From: a virus
Length of the DNA: 64,000 nucleotides
Reading direction: 5' to 3' (one strand)
Virus record (IMG/VR): IMGVR_UViG_3300022928_000019
Span: 8,884-72,883 of that record
The notes under the pieces were generated by a model that saw only the letters and a list, made by a program, of their open reading frames with translations, was not told the origin of the DNA and ran no database searches. Made by a program: the position numbers and the translations under genes. Positions 10,401 through 18,285 of the stretch are shown in pieces (positions within the stretch are counted from its first letter, which is position 1; every line of letters begins with the position of its first letter).

Positions 10401-12351
10401 CAATGCAGATCTTTCTATGGGGCTTGATGCACTTAGGGCATTAGCATTCGGATTGGTTAACACCATGAAGGGTGCATGGACATCTATTATGTCTATGCCT
10501 GATATCGTAAAGAAGATGGGTCTTAATCCTACTGCATTTAGGACTCTTGGGGGAGCAGTTAAGAACTTACCTCAAGAGATAGCAGGGTCATTCTTGGAGT
10601 CATTTGGGATAGAGATGATTAGACCTGATAAGTACAACGAAGAACTTCGTGATATGTATGGACGCGAGCAAGGCATGCTAGGGTTCGATGAGTTTACTAC
10701 CGAGATAGGTAAGGAAGGTTCACTTGGGGCAGGGCAAGGGACTTTTAGGAAAATCGTTAATGTAGTACAGGGTCTCTCTCAAGCAGGTGGAAGTATGAGA
10801 TCCAAGACTAGCGTTAACTTTATTCCAGGATCTGTACTAACGCCATTCACTGCCCCATTTAGTTATCTTGCTCAGGCAGTTAATAAATCCATTTCCTTAT
10901 CCATGGCAGAGACAATAGAAAGGTTTGTCCTTAGGGCTGTTGAGGCAATGGAAACCAAGGGCATAACGATAGACAATAATACCTTTGAGGTATCTGCCAA
11001 AGACCTTGGATACGAAGATTCCAAGCTAGACTCCTGGGTCTTCGGTAGTGTGGACATGGTGGAGAAGCTGAACCAAAGACTGACTGCTGAGGGTATGTCA
11101 TTTGCTCAGCTTGCACAAGACTACAGGAGAAGAAAGGAACTAGATCCTAATGCTAAGGTTCTGAGTGTAGATGCAGTTAGGGCTTCCCAGAATATTGCTA
11201 TGTCTGAGGTGACCTATGATACTATGGCCGGTAAGCCATCGGCAGCACTATCGGGAGTTGGTCAATTTTTCTCTCCTCTCCTTAGCTGGTCGGCATCTTC
11301 CTATAGTAAGGGTCTTGATCAGATGAGAAACAAGGAGGGTCGTCTTGCTATGAGGGAGAGTGTTAGGTATATGCTCACTGCCTCGGCATGGCTCATGCCT
11401 GTTGGTATTGCCTTCACTATGTTTATGGATTGGTGGGATGAGGAAGTACTTGGTAAGCCGTCATCTCTTAGAAAGGTTCCACCAATAGCTATGGTTCCTG
11501 GAATAGGTACATTTATGGCAATGACTGACCCAAGGTATGATGTTGCTGCTATGCTGGAAAGGGCAGCTCGAGCAAATAATATACTTGGTCTCGGGCAAGA
11601 GTTTATAACTCCTATGTTAGTCGGGCAACTTGACCCATCTTCCTTGGGTGCAAAGTTCGATCCTACCCGAAGAGTGCTTGGTATCTCAACTGTTATGAAT
11701 GCCTACGCTGTGGCAACTAACTACTTCAACGCTATAAGGACAGGAGGAAAAGAAGAAATAGTACCAGACTATGCTACAGTTGTCAGACCATTAATGTATC
11801 TAATGGGACTCAATGCAGTAATACAAAATACCCAAGCAGCAACAAACTTAACAAGCATAGAGGATATAGAGCCAACAGGCTTCATGACCAACGAAAGGCA
11901 AGTAGCTGACATCACAGGAATGAGGAACTCATTTAGGGTATTCGCAAAAGCCATAGGCATGGAGATGAGAAGAGGAGGAATAATGCAATTCTCGGCTACT
12001 GCCATGGGAAATGCTCTCAAGAGAATGGAAAGGGCAGCCTATGCAAACGATAGGCAAGCATTTAAAGATGCCTATAGGAGGGCTATCGAGCTATCTCAAT
12101 CTGATGATAAACGAAAGGATGTATCCGATAAATTCAAGAAAAGACATATTCGCAATGGTGTCACTAGGTACTCAATGAGTGATGCAGACATACAAGCTAT
12201 ACTATCCGTGATGGATCCTGACCAAAGGTCAAAAATCCTCACTGCAATGAGGAATCACGATTTTTATCTTAAAGCTATTGGAGGCACACCATCCAAGCCA
12301 AGAAAGGATGTAGGTCAGTATAAAGAGGCGCTTAGAAAGCTTGCGTTATGA
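1453..12351 (+). CDS. Giant polyvalent internal virion/DNA-ejection protein with zincin-like and Ser/Thr kinase-like domains
   Basis: 3632 aa. GEGVTEGLQE motif typical of phage core proteins; LLEEIAH...KEFWANFATNPDF (zincin/MPTase-like, ~6280-6540); GTEH..AIKVT..QPLILG..DIAPKNV..YIDV (kinase-like, ~6980-7420); hydrophobic C-terminal region. Confidence 0.75.
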   Translation: MASSIIAKYREHLASQGKDSTQTTDKDLALELYSALTEQKKDFEKFAENRGDPEFAQLVRDAYEENKTFKGSAVDSIPAEYYNRKTGLQRGLSVGAGAVGMDDTARDLMRDANRNERKANKYQKNIFNDIQMIDDPIDGLKYVTQAITSTAVSVVPDMALSLITRGAGGKIQKSLEKGGKLKDVRKKLEKTMGEGYGKNIGTVAGAFGTSAVENTGHVYGDLYEYTKLDPSDEKYLSPSEARALSMVGGGASATLDSVLPVWLVGKLSKSIGADAAQKEVTKMFNGMPEGMVLLAKGTAGEGVTEGLQEVVQMLTVKYHTDEEWSPQDWNRLINASVMGAIGGGAVTGGTAAIGRMLEAPETRPWDPKLEEVDTKKEREEIRNRNALRRYADLEVGTIVSPAGSDKLARVVSKNEEDSTVVVEFRDGLTQRMDPTKLNVKQDKKRVIKEEDLESFSDQKLEELKIYSPKLTSAIEKEQERRNVEVEKDNTLKRLDTAIEVSEKGNQIIAVDSSSKERIHSATFTEEDGLLVLDNESKDSENDQRGDQARELIHKQLKAKAKKLGMPYKIGDVIEYPLSASEINQIDSKADLLVEYGRLRARYNLLGRREPETEERLIARMQELGMISLDRNNRPILGEVELKKGSNSRLLTTNPEVASVLSGSIFTDLEANLVGYEDTLNASQINDKFILKEAKAMLGDMAETIDGLNHSDVARIAEGATELFKKHYLDEDGGWKAGKTRKDIEDEEAERQEIALMRKQESKDRFDLIKPQVGNFVQIAKGQAPQKITSVDEENFTVRTTEGGDNDISARSIIRQAEERPLERNGEFVTELNSGKVRKKVVVTGSDTNGEYRGRKSLTVTFEKNGDIISVTDSENNYYSDAKGLSVDDDEFQSTLASITLTKVEQKDPPTPKPQKVADNIFRIGNTIEGSVLQVNGSKKIGKHELVPVLTDNTGRVSGIKVGDEELTFDDPVPASEWVETARTKLKAEGMYGRQTLKPTRVFRKPKNELLFRSRNDSIITPPINIKTVEVDEEDPAKGFDELLADVDKSKLSESKSTKTLIALRYFYPGSDQPAILLRRVASSKGDVVIRDMKRKGGKTLDPLTDTSSYSIKMNSDQYYDALEGDERIEPVALLEVTEEVNVNTDFDTEQEFNLALDPFLDKSKVRLDPMGILEGIDTSIEQTDDPEVEERLRLQRNRIETMVQDEDGQFNPLLEIFGFVPDNTISSFKEEIEKRLPAIKDKQLKAKGRKILKSDQLRILDVTEFLGGIAEKKGSWRVGIRALGDNGEEYQSLDKVITTALNEFSKRGYKPRAEKGTGTDAMSRAVTSLLDDERVSDQTGDKGFSDSGDIQDENDIEGSQLQDSIEQSEADEVTLNDGLDSYMGDGGDEQPMVISDVEEPIDQIYVEMAENAIANPKVRPEDKEQIKFSLSVYKNSNPTERESKREELVMLLVEAINMANSESVGEIASTPDVIEREIASSIEKPTSPPPLAQELIEENSVSLQKFFGGAVMDGEPIRLEAYINRMLNTIVGEGSVDSDILDMAQQLMSHPYAKDLNVKFESWDNFKKGVSSDGRNGKITRAYLRGNTIVMGPFYKLKLDSDLTADDHIRVTLLEEIAHSVLDKAVNVAVLTNRLGELPADVRGVISKEKADKLYRETEEIMSWLRTQTDGRYYQGLLNKKEFWANFATNPDFRKFLNRPMPPQLRRKFQSRFERVIDWLLDLASKIFDADFTRQASTLDVIRKRYRTVLRTADKLAAADVDIYATMNSESRGNINSDLGINYNIQDGKTQDKTFSSLPKIIATTENLSGRDGKDSFYRAAVDSGYEITRQNLRKKLEGLPQKIGTEHGAYFDHDAGRAIKVTRIPESMMSFGHFYDVGRYIRDKHNMNLLFGDDIQFVGVSPREDGDYAIITSQPLILGREATSDEIIADLEGRGYKITMTPNWEDNGATQEISAISEDGTIELSDIAPKNVLVDNETGELAYIDVHVEAPNDLASRVESADTFDPEEASVAQGTIRAHMTALMDLGNVISSALTEVGEESSMSVEKIKEYQVVKDGSTPEVIAKVLADKAASVDEVLAQYRQALPEQSQATAGLDNINNLESIANRDTAARNLMKLLVGTRESASDLLGSSLKNYEKLNSKLESSSDAIARLTSPKTMFDASKTQRQLAKAMRDSLYKQNDSGEGSKVNSFEAALIAEGKDINLTDFRKLRGMEIDEGKLFSLLEKLSVGFKGVRFIEQLTAEEIFDALTPMSNAHSLVTNSDPDTELDQAVKIGIALILGRDQRNSVPRSAFTTRLRLAKGEVSHEIADAVRLIKDAANGRPVRDIKDRSMRSIIENVKSIKADIDEYKADLEKVKEEIRVGEIHLKVYDERIADLDEYFETSAPVELREGGQYSMLEIDADGKLQETLFTFRLGNGESSEEAKYTAAKASELNKIMQTESYKQKYGGTPMDRYFKQLVTELRKPNFGIQYHTAHVGFLHAMAQSLQERLSNLGPAGKLAASLLNTYNRDYNAEVGAISSQGKKVSKAIKRLHGEMARESGENLNQFIKGFGSKMFDWFNERPDLQGQEEQAINKVWSDLKKEDPTRQYTEEGKRALRAYLKQWGIQNDNFRRLYKKYDIKVEDENVPRGELALGVDSPNLFRDFVEQGVFTTPRKLNRTKIFRVVSLLDSKFAEKDYVDEESDGNFFGKALASMQEARASGVDMEESFQQIFGKSVSPELSSLFFSPIFNGKSAHNIPFVLQSQDNEGRKSKRILLPEELQRAWRNADGNNEGIRVANAILSLSKIIPGSNEDTLFNLVGQMKHRASALIKVERESRQEDTAIDNNADLMRMLKGSDFHHSIHGRALYNVLPGEFFEYEMYDETSSSQHLSKIMMTAHFGRKGEKLADNFKAIKEQYVASKDAYADYAQAAGVSLRGGRPPSRNIFGYAIKVRKIKAEMANRGKDPNTYSDLETKAKAFYEAENSIAATSAAFTSRSSNNADLSMGLDALRALAFGLVNTMKGAWTSIMSMPDIVKKMGLNPTAFRTLGGAVKNLPQEIAGSFLESFGIEMIRPDKYNEELRDMYGREQGMLGFDEFTTEIGKEGSLGAGQGTFRKIVNVVQGLSQAGGSMRSKTSVNFIPGSVLTPFTAPFSYLAQAVNKSISLSMAETIERFVLRAVEAMETKGITIDNNTFEVSAKDLGYEDSKLDSWVFGSVDMVEKLNQRLTAEGMSFAQLAQDYRRRKELDPNAKVLSVDAVRASQNIAMSEVTYDTMAGKPSAALSGVGQFFSPLLSWSASSYSKGLDQMRNKEGRLAMRESVRYMLTASAWLMPVGIAFTMFMDWWDEEVLGKPSSLRKVPPIAMVPGIGTFMAMTDPRYDVAAMLERAARANNILGLGQEFITPMLVGQLDPSSLGAKFDPTRRVLGISTVMNAYAVATNYFNAIRTGGKEEIVPDYATVVRPLMYLMGLNAVIQNTQAATNLTSIEDIEPTGFMTNERQVADITGMRNSFRVFAKAIGMEMRRGGIMQFSATAMGNALKRMERAAYANDRQAFKDAYRRAIELSQSDDKRKDVSDKFKKRHIRNGVTRYSMSDADIQAILSVMDPDQRSKILTAMRNHDFYLKAIGGTPSKPRKDVGQYKEALRKLAL

Positions 12352-12770
12352 GTGACAATAAAAAGTCAGGTACTTACTATGAACAATTATTTATATGCGA
12401 GTGCCTAAATAAGGGAATGGATGTTTCAGTACCCATAGGTGACTACAACCAATACGATGTAATAATAGATACAAGTAAAACCCTCTTTAGGGTTCAGGTT
12501 AAAGGTACAGCAAGTAAAAGGAGGGACAGAAGAAGTGGCTATAGTATAACCACAGGAATGGGTCGGCATACATCCAAAAAGACTAGGTACCAGGATGATG
12601 CATATGATATACTAGCTGCTCTTGTTATCAGTGATGGTTATCAGTATTGGTATATAATACCCAAGGATAAAGTTGGCACAAATTTAACACTAAAATTATT
12701 CCCATCTCCGGACAGTAAAGCAAAGTGGGAGAAATATAGACATGGGTGGGATTTAATTTGTAAGATGTAA
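12348..12770 (+). CDS. PD-(D/E)XK endonuclease (intron-associated/PDDEXK_5-like)
   Basis: G..YE..F...G.DVS.P.GD...YD.IID......RVQVK pattern. Confidence 0.8.
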   Translation: MSDNKKSGTYYEQLFICECLNKGMDVSVPIGDYNQYDVIIDTSKTLFRVQVKGTASKRRDRRSGYSITTGMGRHTSKKTRYQDDAYDILAALVISDGYQYWYIIPKDKVGTNLTLKLFPSPDSKAKWEKYRHGWDLICKM

Positions 12771-12788
12771 CCTAATAATCTAGGTTAT
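12767..12788 (+). promoter_or_regulatory. 22-bp junction motif copy
   Basis: GTAACCTA-ATAATC-TAGGTTAT; contains the upstream TAA stop; ATG at 12796. Confidence 0.7.
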
Positions 12789-12795
12789 TTTATAT

Positions 12796-12927
12796 ATGAA
12801 GTGTCCAGTTACCAAAAAAAATTGTAGCAACCCCAAGTGCAAAAGTGGATGCATGATGAAAAAGAAAAAGGCCAATGCATCTAAAAGGGGCAAGCCTGCT
12901 CGTAAGATCAAAAAGAAGGGTTACTGA
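12796..12927 (+). CDS. Small basic Cys/Lys-rich protein (43 aa, not in ORF track)
   Basis: MKCPVTKKNCSNPKCKSGCMMKKKKANASKRGKPARKIKKKGY; TGATG coupling to the next ORF. Confidence 0.6.
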   Translation: MKCPVTKKNCSNPKCKSGCMMKKKKANASKRGKPARKIKKKGY

Positions 12928-13019
12928 TGGCCTGTGGATTATGTGGAGGGAAACGTAAGGTTTCCAAGGGAAGACCAGTCAAGAAGCTCAAGGTAAAAAA
13001 GAGGCGTGGCAAGGGCTAG
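12927..13019 (+). CDS. Small basic protein (30 aa, not in ORF track)
   Basis: MACGLCGGKRKVSKGRPVKKLKVKKRRGKG; translationally coupled. Confidence 0.5.
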   Translation: MACGLCGGKRKVSKGRPVKKLKVKKRRGKG

Positions 13020-13245
13020 AAGAGTATACAAGTCTGGTAGAGCTAAGTCAGAGTATGATGCTTACCATGGCAAGGCCGAGCAGATAAAAAGAAGGTCTGC
13101 TAGAAATAAGGCTCGAAGGAAGGCTAAGTGTAAAAAAGGACAAGAGGTTCACCATAAGGACATGAATCCTAAAAACAATAAGAGGAGTAATTTAAAATGC
13201 GTTTCCAAGAAAACGAACAGAAGAAAACAGCCGAAGAGAAAATGA
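13006..13245 (+). CDS. Small basic HNH-like protein
   Basis: EVHHKDMNPKNNKRSNLKCVSKKTNR HNH pattern. Confidence 0.7.
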   Translation: MARARRVYKSGRAKSEYDAYHGKAEQIKRRSARNKARRKAKCKKGQEVHHKDMNPKNNKRSNLKCVSKKTNRRKQPKRK

Positions 13246-13445
13246 TGTCTTCCTATCACGAACAGGTTGATGCGTTTTCTATGGATCTTGATAACCTAAT
13301 AGCTAGGTATCAACAGGAGTTCGATTTGACTGTGGAGACAATGGTCGGGTGCTTGGAGTGTACGAAGACTGCATTAGCTCAGCCAATGATAATAGATATG
13401 GGTAGTGAGATGCTAGATGATGATGAGACCGAGACTCTAAACTAA
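13242..13445 (+). CDS. Hypothetical acidic protein
   Basis: ATGA overlap at 13242 suggests this start rather than 13197. Confidence 0.55.
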   Translation: MMSSYHEQVDAFSMDLDNLIARYQQEFDLTVETMVGCLECTKTALAQPMIIDMGSEMLDDDETETLN

Positions 13446-13468
13446 CTAACAACCTAATAATAATCATC

Positions 13469-13867
13469 ATGTTCGGTAGAAAAAAAAGAAAAAAAAGAGC
13501 AAGAGCTAGAAATGCTGCTGCTAGAAATACTGCTAAGAATAAAACTAGCAATAAAACCAAGCAAGCACCGCCTCCCCCACCTCCTAATTTCGACACAAAG
13601 GCAGTAGAGAAACAGATTAAGGGAACTTTTAAGAAAAAAGGCTTAGGGAAACTTAAGTTAAACGCGCCAAAGGGTACTCCTAAAGCAAGTCCCAAGAAAG
13701 CAAGTCCCAAGAAAGCAAGTCCCAAGAAAGCTATTACTCCAAAGCGTACTACTCCAAAGCGTACTACTAGAAACTCGAGAGCAACCAGGGGTCTTGTTAA
13801 TAATGCAAGAGGAAGAGCCATGAGAAGCCCAAAATTTCGTTCAAGATTCGGACGCAGACGTAGATAA
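13469..13867 (+). CDS. Histone H1/protamine-like basic protein
   Basis: Very K/R-rich; SPKK x3 and TPKR x2; 15-bp DNA repeat x3 at 13682-13730. Confidence 0.65.
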   Translation: MFGRKKRKKRARARNAAARNTAKNKTSNKTKQAPPPPPPNFDTKAVEKQIKGTFKKKGLGKLKLNAPKGTPKASPKKASPKKASPKKAITPKRTTPKRTTRNSRATRGLVNNARGRAMRSPKFRSRFGRRRR

Positions 13868-14187
13868 TGGCCAAGAGATCTAAGAGGTCTCGCAAGAAAG
13901 CTTCCCCTAAAGCTTCCATGAAGTGTGGGCAGGTCAAAAAATCTAGTAGACCTGGCAAGAAGATAATGAAGAAGTATTGCACTGGCGGAAAAGAAAAGCT
14001 AGTGCATGCAGGTGCTAAAGGGTATGGTAATAACTATTCTCGTAAGGCAAGGTCTTCATTTAAGAAAAGACACAAATGTGGAACTGCAAAGCCTGGGACT
14101 GCAAGGCATTTAGCATGCACTGAACTTTGGGGCGGGAAGGGTAAGAGAAAAACTTCCTGCCCCAAGGGGCGTAAGTGCAAGGCATAA
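13867..14187 (+). CDS. Conserved small basic phage protein
   Basis: KSSRPGKK...KLVHAGAKGY...RSSFKKRHKC...ARHLAC.ELW, a pattern I recognise from marine phage basic proteins. Confidence 0.6.
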   Translation: MAKRSKRSRKKASPKASMKCGQVKKSSRPGKKIMKKYCTGGKEKLVHAGAKGYGNNYSRKARSSFKKRHKCGTAKPGTARHLACTELWGGKGKRKTSCPKGRKCKA

Positions 14188-14399
14188 TGGACTACTACAT
14201 TCTCATAGGAATTGGTGTGGCTCTTTCAGTGTTAGGATTTTTCCTGAAAAGAATGAAGGAGGATATTGATATCGTGAAATCTAAGAATGCAAGAGTCGAA
14301 ATCAACCAAGCAAGAAACCACGAGAGAATCAATAACTTAGAGAAGGTAGTAGAGGATCGGAGAGAAGATATTAAAAGGCTATTCGAGATTATGAAGTAA
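14187..14399 (+). CDS. Small membrane protein with coiled coil (holin-like)
   Basis: N-terminal TM segment YILIGIGVALSVLGFFL; TAATG coupling. Confidence 0.5.
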   Translation: MDYYILIGIGVALSVLGFFLKRMKEDIDIVKSKNARVEINQARNHERINNLEKVVEDRREDIKRLFEIMK

Positions 14400-14950
14400 T
14401 GGAACAGTCAAGCCCATCCTCTAAACCTGATCCAACACTTATAGAACCCCGGAGGAATCTCAAGGAGTTTATAGTCTGGGATCAAAGTTCTACATCACCA
14501 CCAATACTACCAGAGGGGTATAGCCCTGGCTCAGCCGAGTCTGATAATTTAGCGACAGCGCAATACTTGGATTTGACAAAAAAGATGTCAGATGGTGACC
14601 CACTATGGGAGAATATAGTCGAATTTGTCGATATTACTGGCGTTGCTTCATATGATGATGCATGGCGAGCATACGAAGATTACAAGAATGGTGATATTGG
14701 TGGGCTAGAGTTTATGATAGAAGGGGTGGGTGCTTTGCCTGTAGTTGGAAGAATAAAAAAAATTATCGCAACGAGTAGGATGGCCAACAACCCCCTACAA
14801 AGGATGACTGCCAAGGCAATAGATACCTATGGGAAAGCAAGAACCCCTGTAAATATTATAAATAAAGGAGATGCATTACAGGATATAGATGAGGATCAGA
14901 ATAATGGGAGGGTATCAGATACTCTTAATAGGTTGCTTTATGGAAAGTGA
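14399..14950 (+). CDS. Hypothetical protein
   Basis: 183-aa coupled ORF. Confidence 0.55.
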   Translation: MEQSSPSSKPDPTLIEPRRNLKEFIVWDQSSTSPPILPEGYSPGSAESDNLATAQYLDLTKKMSDGDPLWENIVEFVDITGVASYDDAWRAYEDYKNGDIGGLEFMIEGVGALPVVGRIKKIIATSRMANNPLQRMTAKAIDTYGKARTPVNIINKGDALQDIDEDQNNGRVSDTLNRLLYGK

Positions 14951-14970
14951 GTAAGTGTTTTTCCATCTAG

Positions 14971-16011
14971 TCACTTATGGACATAGCCTTCGGTTGTCTT
15001 GGTATTTGAGTGACCGACTGCCTTACCAATATCCTCTAGGCTTAATCCTGCTTTATCTAATCTAGTAATACAAGAGTGCCTAAGGCAGTGAAACGACCTG
15101 CCATATATGTCTAATCTCTCGCACAACCTTTTGAAGTAAACACTAGGCTTAGATCTAGTCTTTGGGTTGGTTATAATATCATGCCATTCAGGAAAGCAGT
15201 ATACCTTATCTTCAACATCTATCTCACTGAGTACTTGTTGTATTATGCCCGAGCCAAAGTACTGACTAGTAGTATCAATTGATACCAACTTGTCTCGCTT
15301 TATCGTCCATACCACCATCTTCTTTCTATTCCTAATGCTGTCCCACTCAAGGGATGCAATGTCTGCTAGCCTAAGACCTGTCCAATAGGATATGGCAGTA
15401 GCCTGTCTAAAGAAATATGGTGCATTCTTGATTATTTTATCTACCTCTTTCTTGAGGAATATATCTCTTTCCTTGGGGGTCTTTTGTTTGTGGGTAAGCT
15501 TGGAATTGTCTATCTTAAGAAACATAAGTGGGTTAGTCATTACATACATCTTTATCTGAGCAAAGTTCCATAGCTGACTCATGGTTGATTTACGTAATGC
15601 CCTCATGCTTAATGAGGTTCCATCATTCTTATTCAAATAGTCGTAGATATCTTTTTCAGATATACTAGCAATTGGCTTATCAATACATTTGTAAGCCTTG
15701 CCGAACTGCTCGTATATCGATGTCATCGTGTAGATGGAATTCTGTGATGTTGCACTAAACTCCATGTGCTTCTTGTATTCCTCGACAACATCCCAGAACT
15801 TCATGGACTTACTGCCTACGATCTTTGTTATAACATCAGCAGATAAAACGCCTAGCTTACCAGCATCCTCAAGCTCTGATATCCTAAGATCTTTCACGAG
15901 CTTGTTTGCTTCTTTGCGATCCCTTGTCCTCAGGTGGGTGGATCTCAATGTGCCATTGATATCCTTGTACTTGACTGAGTAGTCACCGCTCTTGTTTTTC
16001 ACTATTTTCAT
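14971..16011 (-). CDS. int: Tyrosine recombinase/integrase 1
   Basis: TGLRLADI (R), FHCLRHS (HxxR), VGHS, GY catalytic residues; AGGAG RBS. Confidence 0.92.
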   Translation of the reverse strand: MKIVKNKSGDYSVKYKDINGTLRSTHLRTRDRKEANKLVKDLRISELEDAGKLGVLSADVITKIVGSKSMKFWDVVEEYKKHMEFSATSQNSIYTMTSIYEQFGKAYKCIDKPIASISEKDIYDYLNKNDGTSLSMRALRKSTMSQLWNFAQIKMYVMTNPLMFLKIDNSKLTHKQKTPKERDIFLKKEVDKIIKNAPYFFRQATAISYWTGLRLADIASLEWDSIRNRKKMVVWTIKRDKLVSIDTTSQYFGSGIIQQVLSEIDVEDKVYCFPEWHDIITNPKTRSKPSVYFKRLCERLDIYGRSFHCLRHSCITRLDKAGLSLEDIGKAVGHSNTKTTEGYVHK

Positions 16012-16035
16012 TTTGTTACACTCCTATGGGTTAGG

Positions 16036-18285
16036 TTACACATGAGCAAGCTCTAAACTCTTAGCTTGCTTAGCGAGTTTGTCTCGCAGTTCCATCCACT
16101 CGAGTTCCATCTCTATCTCACTCTTAGTCTCAATGAGATCCTCATCAAAACTAAGGAAGTGGTCAGCCATTATATCATCAACACTACCATCTTGGTAATC
16201 CACTGGCACATACTCGCCTAGTATGCACATGGTGGCAGCGTCTCGCTTGTCTGCTAGCTTGTCAAACATGGACTCCTCAATTGTATCTTTGCTAAGAAGC
16301 ACAGTAATATCTGCATCCCTCTTAGAGTTTACTCGGTACACCCTACCTAGGGCTTGATGGAATGACCCATAGCTCCATTCGAATGATCCGATTATCATAT
16401 TGGGGCAATCAGGAAAGCTATGTCCAACTGCACACTTAGCACCCATGAGCAGTACTTGTGTATCATGCCTCCTGAATTGATTAGCCTCCCGAGCATGGTC
16501 TGATGCATTTGAGTCTATCCTAGAGAACGAAACATCTGCGTCCTCTAGTCTGTTGGACAGTTCATCTGTCTGACCTATGCATGATGATATATGAATGACC
16601 TGCTCACCTTGTGATATGTACTTATGTACAAGCTCGAGCGTGGTGATAAGCTTGGGATTGAAGTTAGATGACACCACTCCTTCATTAAATGATCTACCTG
16701 CAGGATCTGCACATATACCACGTAGCCTCTGCAACTGAACTCCATAACATGTCTTTGGATCCTTGTATGGTATATTCTTAATATCTAGGTTGTGGGCATA
16801 TAGTTTCTTTTGGGCATATCCCAATGGCACTCTGAGTGTCTTTACATTACACTTAACTACATCAGGGTTACATTGCTCCTTGGATATGAAAGCAACGAGT
16901 GACTTAAGGACTTTGAGTAATCTCTGAGCCTGACTGATAATTGGACTAGTCTTAATACATGAGGATCCATTTCCCCTGATAGCCTCCTCGGTGTAGTCTC
17001 TCTCACGTGTAAGGAATGTGCTACAAAATGTAGCCTCATCCTCTAGTGCATATGGCCACCTAGGATTACTCTTCTTGCCATGAAACCAATTCGGTACTGC
17101 GAGCCATCCTAGTATAGGGAATATGTTCGGTAGGATATTAGGTATGGGTGTAGCAGTTAAGGCATACCTATACTTAGGTTGAAGTCTAATGATTGCCCGA
17201 GTTATCGCTGAGTCTAGTGACTGCATGATGTGAGCCTCATCGAGCATAACACAATCAAAGTGGTGTCCTGCTATGCTAGATAGACTAGGCTTCAGCACAC
17301 AAGTGAATCCATTGTGAGTTTGCCCGATGCCACAATGATATTCGTTATCTACCGATGGAGGGTTATCGGGATCCCATGGTGCATTGTAGCCAAGGTCTCG
17401 CATCTTTGACCTAAGCAATCTCTCACGATCCTGTGCTGCCCATGATCTAGGTATAGTTTCTATACCACCATTGAGGAAGAATGCAGTCGGGTAGGTTATA
17501 TAAACACCTGTCGGCAGTGTGCCATCACTACGAAGATGTTTGTAATAGTCATCAGCAGAGAAGATTGTACGCACTTTTGTGTCGGGTGAGAACTTAGCCA
17601 TCTCTGCGATCCATTGAGCGGGGTCATACTTCTTCAGCCTACCATCGGAACTTTTGACAGTACCCTTGGGTGCTACCAAGAGAGTACGCCTAGCATTCTT
17701 TAGGGAGTTCAATGCGATTGCCATGCATGTCTTACCTGTACCTACATCTCCACACACTAGTGCCTGATCAACACATGCCACTCGAGCAATGTAATCAAGC
17801 TGACCAGGATAGAAGGTAAAGTCATTTATTTCTTCTAGTACTCTGCATTTATCCTTAATCCGATTGAATGCCTTGGGTCTAAGTTCAGCAACAGTCTTAA
17901 CCTCGGGCATCTCAAAGAAGTCCCACATCTGAATAGATGTAAGTTCGTAATCTCCAATAGGATTATCCCGAAAAACGAACTGCCTCTTTCTGTCATCAGT
18001 GAATGCATATCCGGCATCAACGCCCGATCTCTCGATGTCATGATCTACCACATAGGTTCGACCACTCTTCTCGGTGTGCATCTTCTTCTTGGACACTGGT
18101 CTAGTGTATGAATACTTGAGTCTCTTAAAGGTGTAATCTTTACCTGCAGTTACGCGAGGTAACAATGTCTTGGTCTTAGAGCTAGGTGTTTGCTTAGCAG
18201 TCAAGACCTTCAACTCATCCACCATCCCGACCAACTCATATGGGGTCAGAGGGAGTAGGGGAGGAGAGGTATACTTATACTTCAT
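16036..18285 (-). CDS. SNF2-family helicase/ATPase
   Basis: GDVGTGKT Walker A, LDEAH, LTATP, QALGRVYR motif VI. Confidence 0.88.
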   Translation of the reverse strand: MKYKYTSPPLLPLTPYELVGMVDELKVLTAKQTPSSKTKTLLPRVTAGKDYTFKRLKYSYTRPVSKKKMHTEKSGRTYVVDHDIERSGVDAGYAFTDDRKRQFVFRDNPIGDYELTSIQMWDFFEMPEVKTVAELRPKAFNRIKDKCRVLEEINDFTFYPGQLDYIARVACVDQALVCGDVGTGKTCMAIALNSLKNARRTLLVAPKGTVKSSDGRLKKYDPAQWIAEMAKFSPDTKVRTIFSADDYYKHLRSDGTLPTGVYITYPTAFFLNGGIETIPRSWAAQDRERLLRSKMRDLGYNAPWDPDNPPSVDNEYHCGIGQTHNGFTCVLKPSLSSIAGHHFDCVMLDEAHIMQSLDSAITRAIIRLQPKYRYALTATPIPNILPNIFPILGWLAVPNWFHGKKSNPRWPYALEDEATFCSTFLTRERDYTEEAIRGNGSSCIKTSPIISQAQRLLKVLKSLVAFISKEQCNPDVVKCNVKTLRVPLGYAQKKLYAHNLDIKNIPYKDPKTCYGVQLQRLRGICADPAGRSFNEGVVSSNFNPKLITTLELVHKYISQGEQVIHISSCIGQTDELSNRLEDADVSFSRIDSNASDHAREANQFRRHDTQVLLMGAKCAVGHSFPDCPNMIIGSFEWSYGSFHQALGRVYRVNSKRDADITVLLSKDTIEESMFDKLADKRDAATMCILGEYVPVDYQDGSVDDIMADHFLSFDEDLIETKSEIEMELEWMELRDKLAKQAKSLELAHV

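Noticed and set aside
2406-12020. Many Ser/Leu-rich minus-strand ORFs within the giant gene
   Set aside because: Antisense shadows of Glu/Lys/Asp-rich coding sequence.
13303-13821. 172-aa hydrophobic minus-strand membrane protein
   Set aside because: Reverse complement of the Lys-rich repeat gene.
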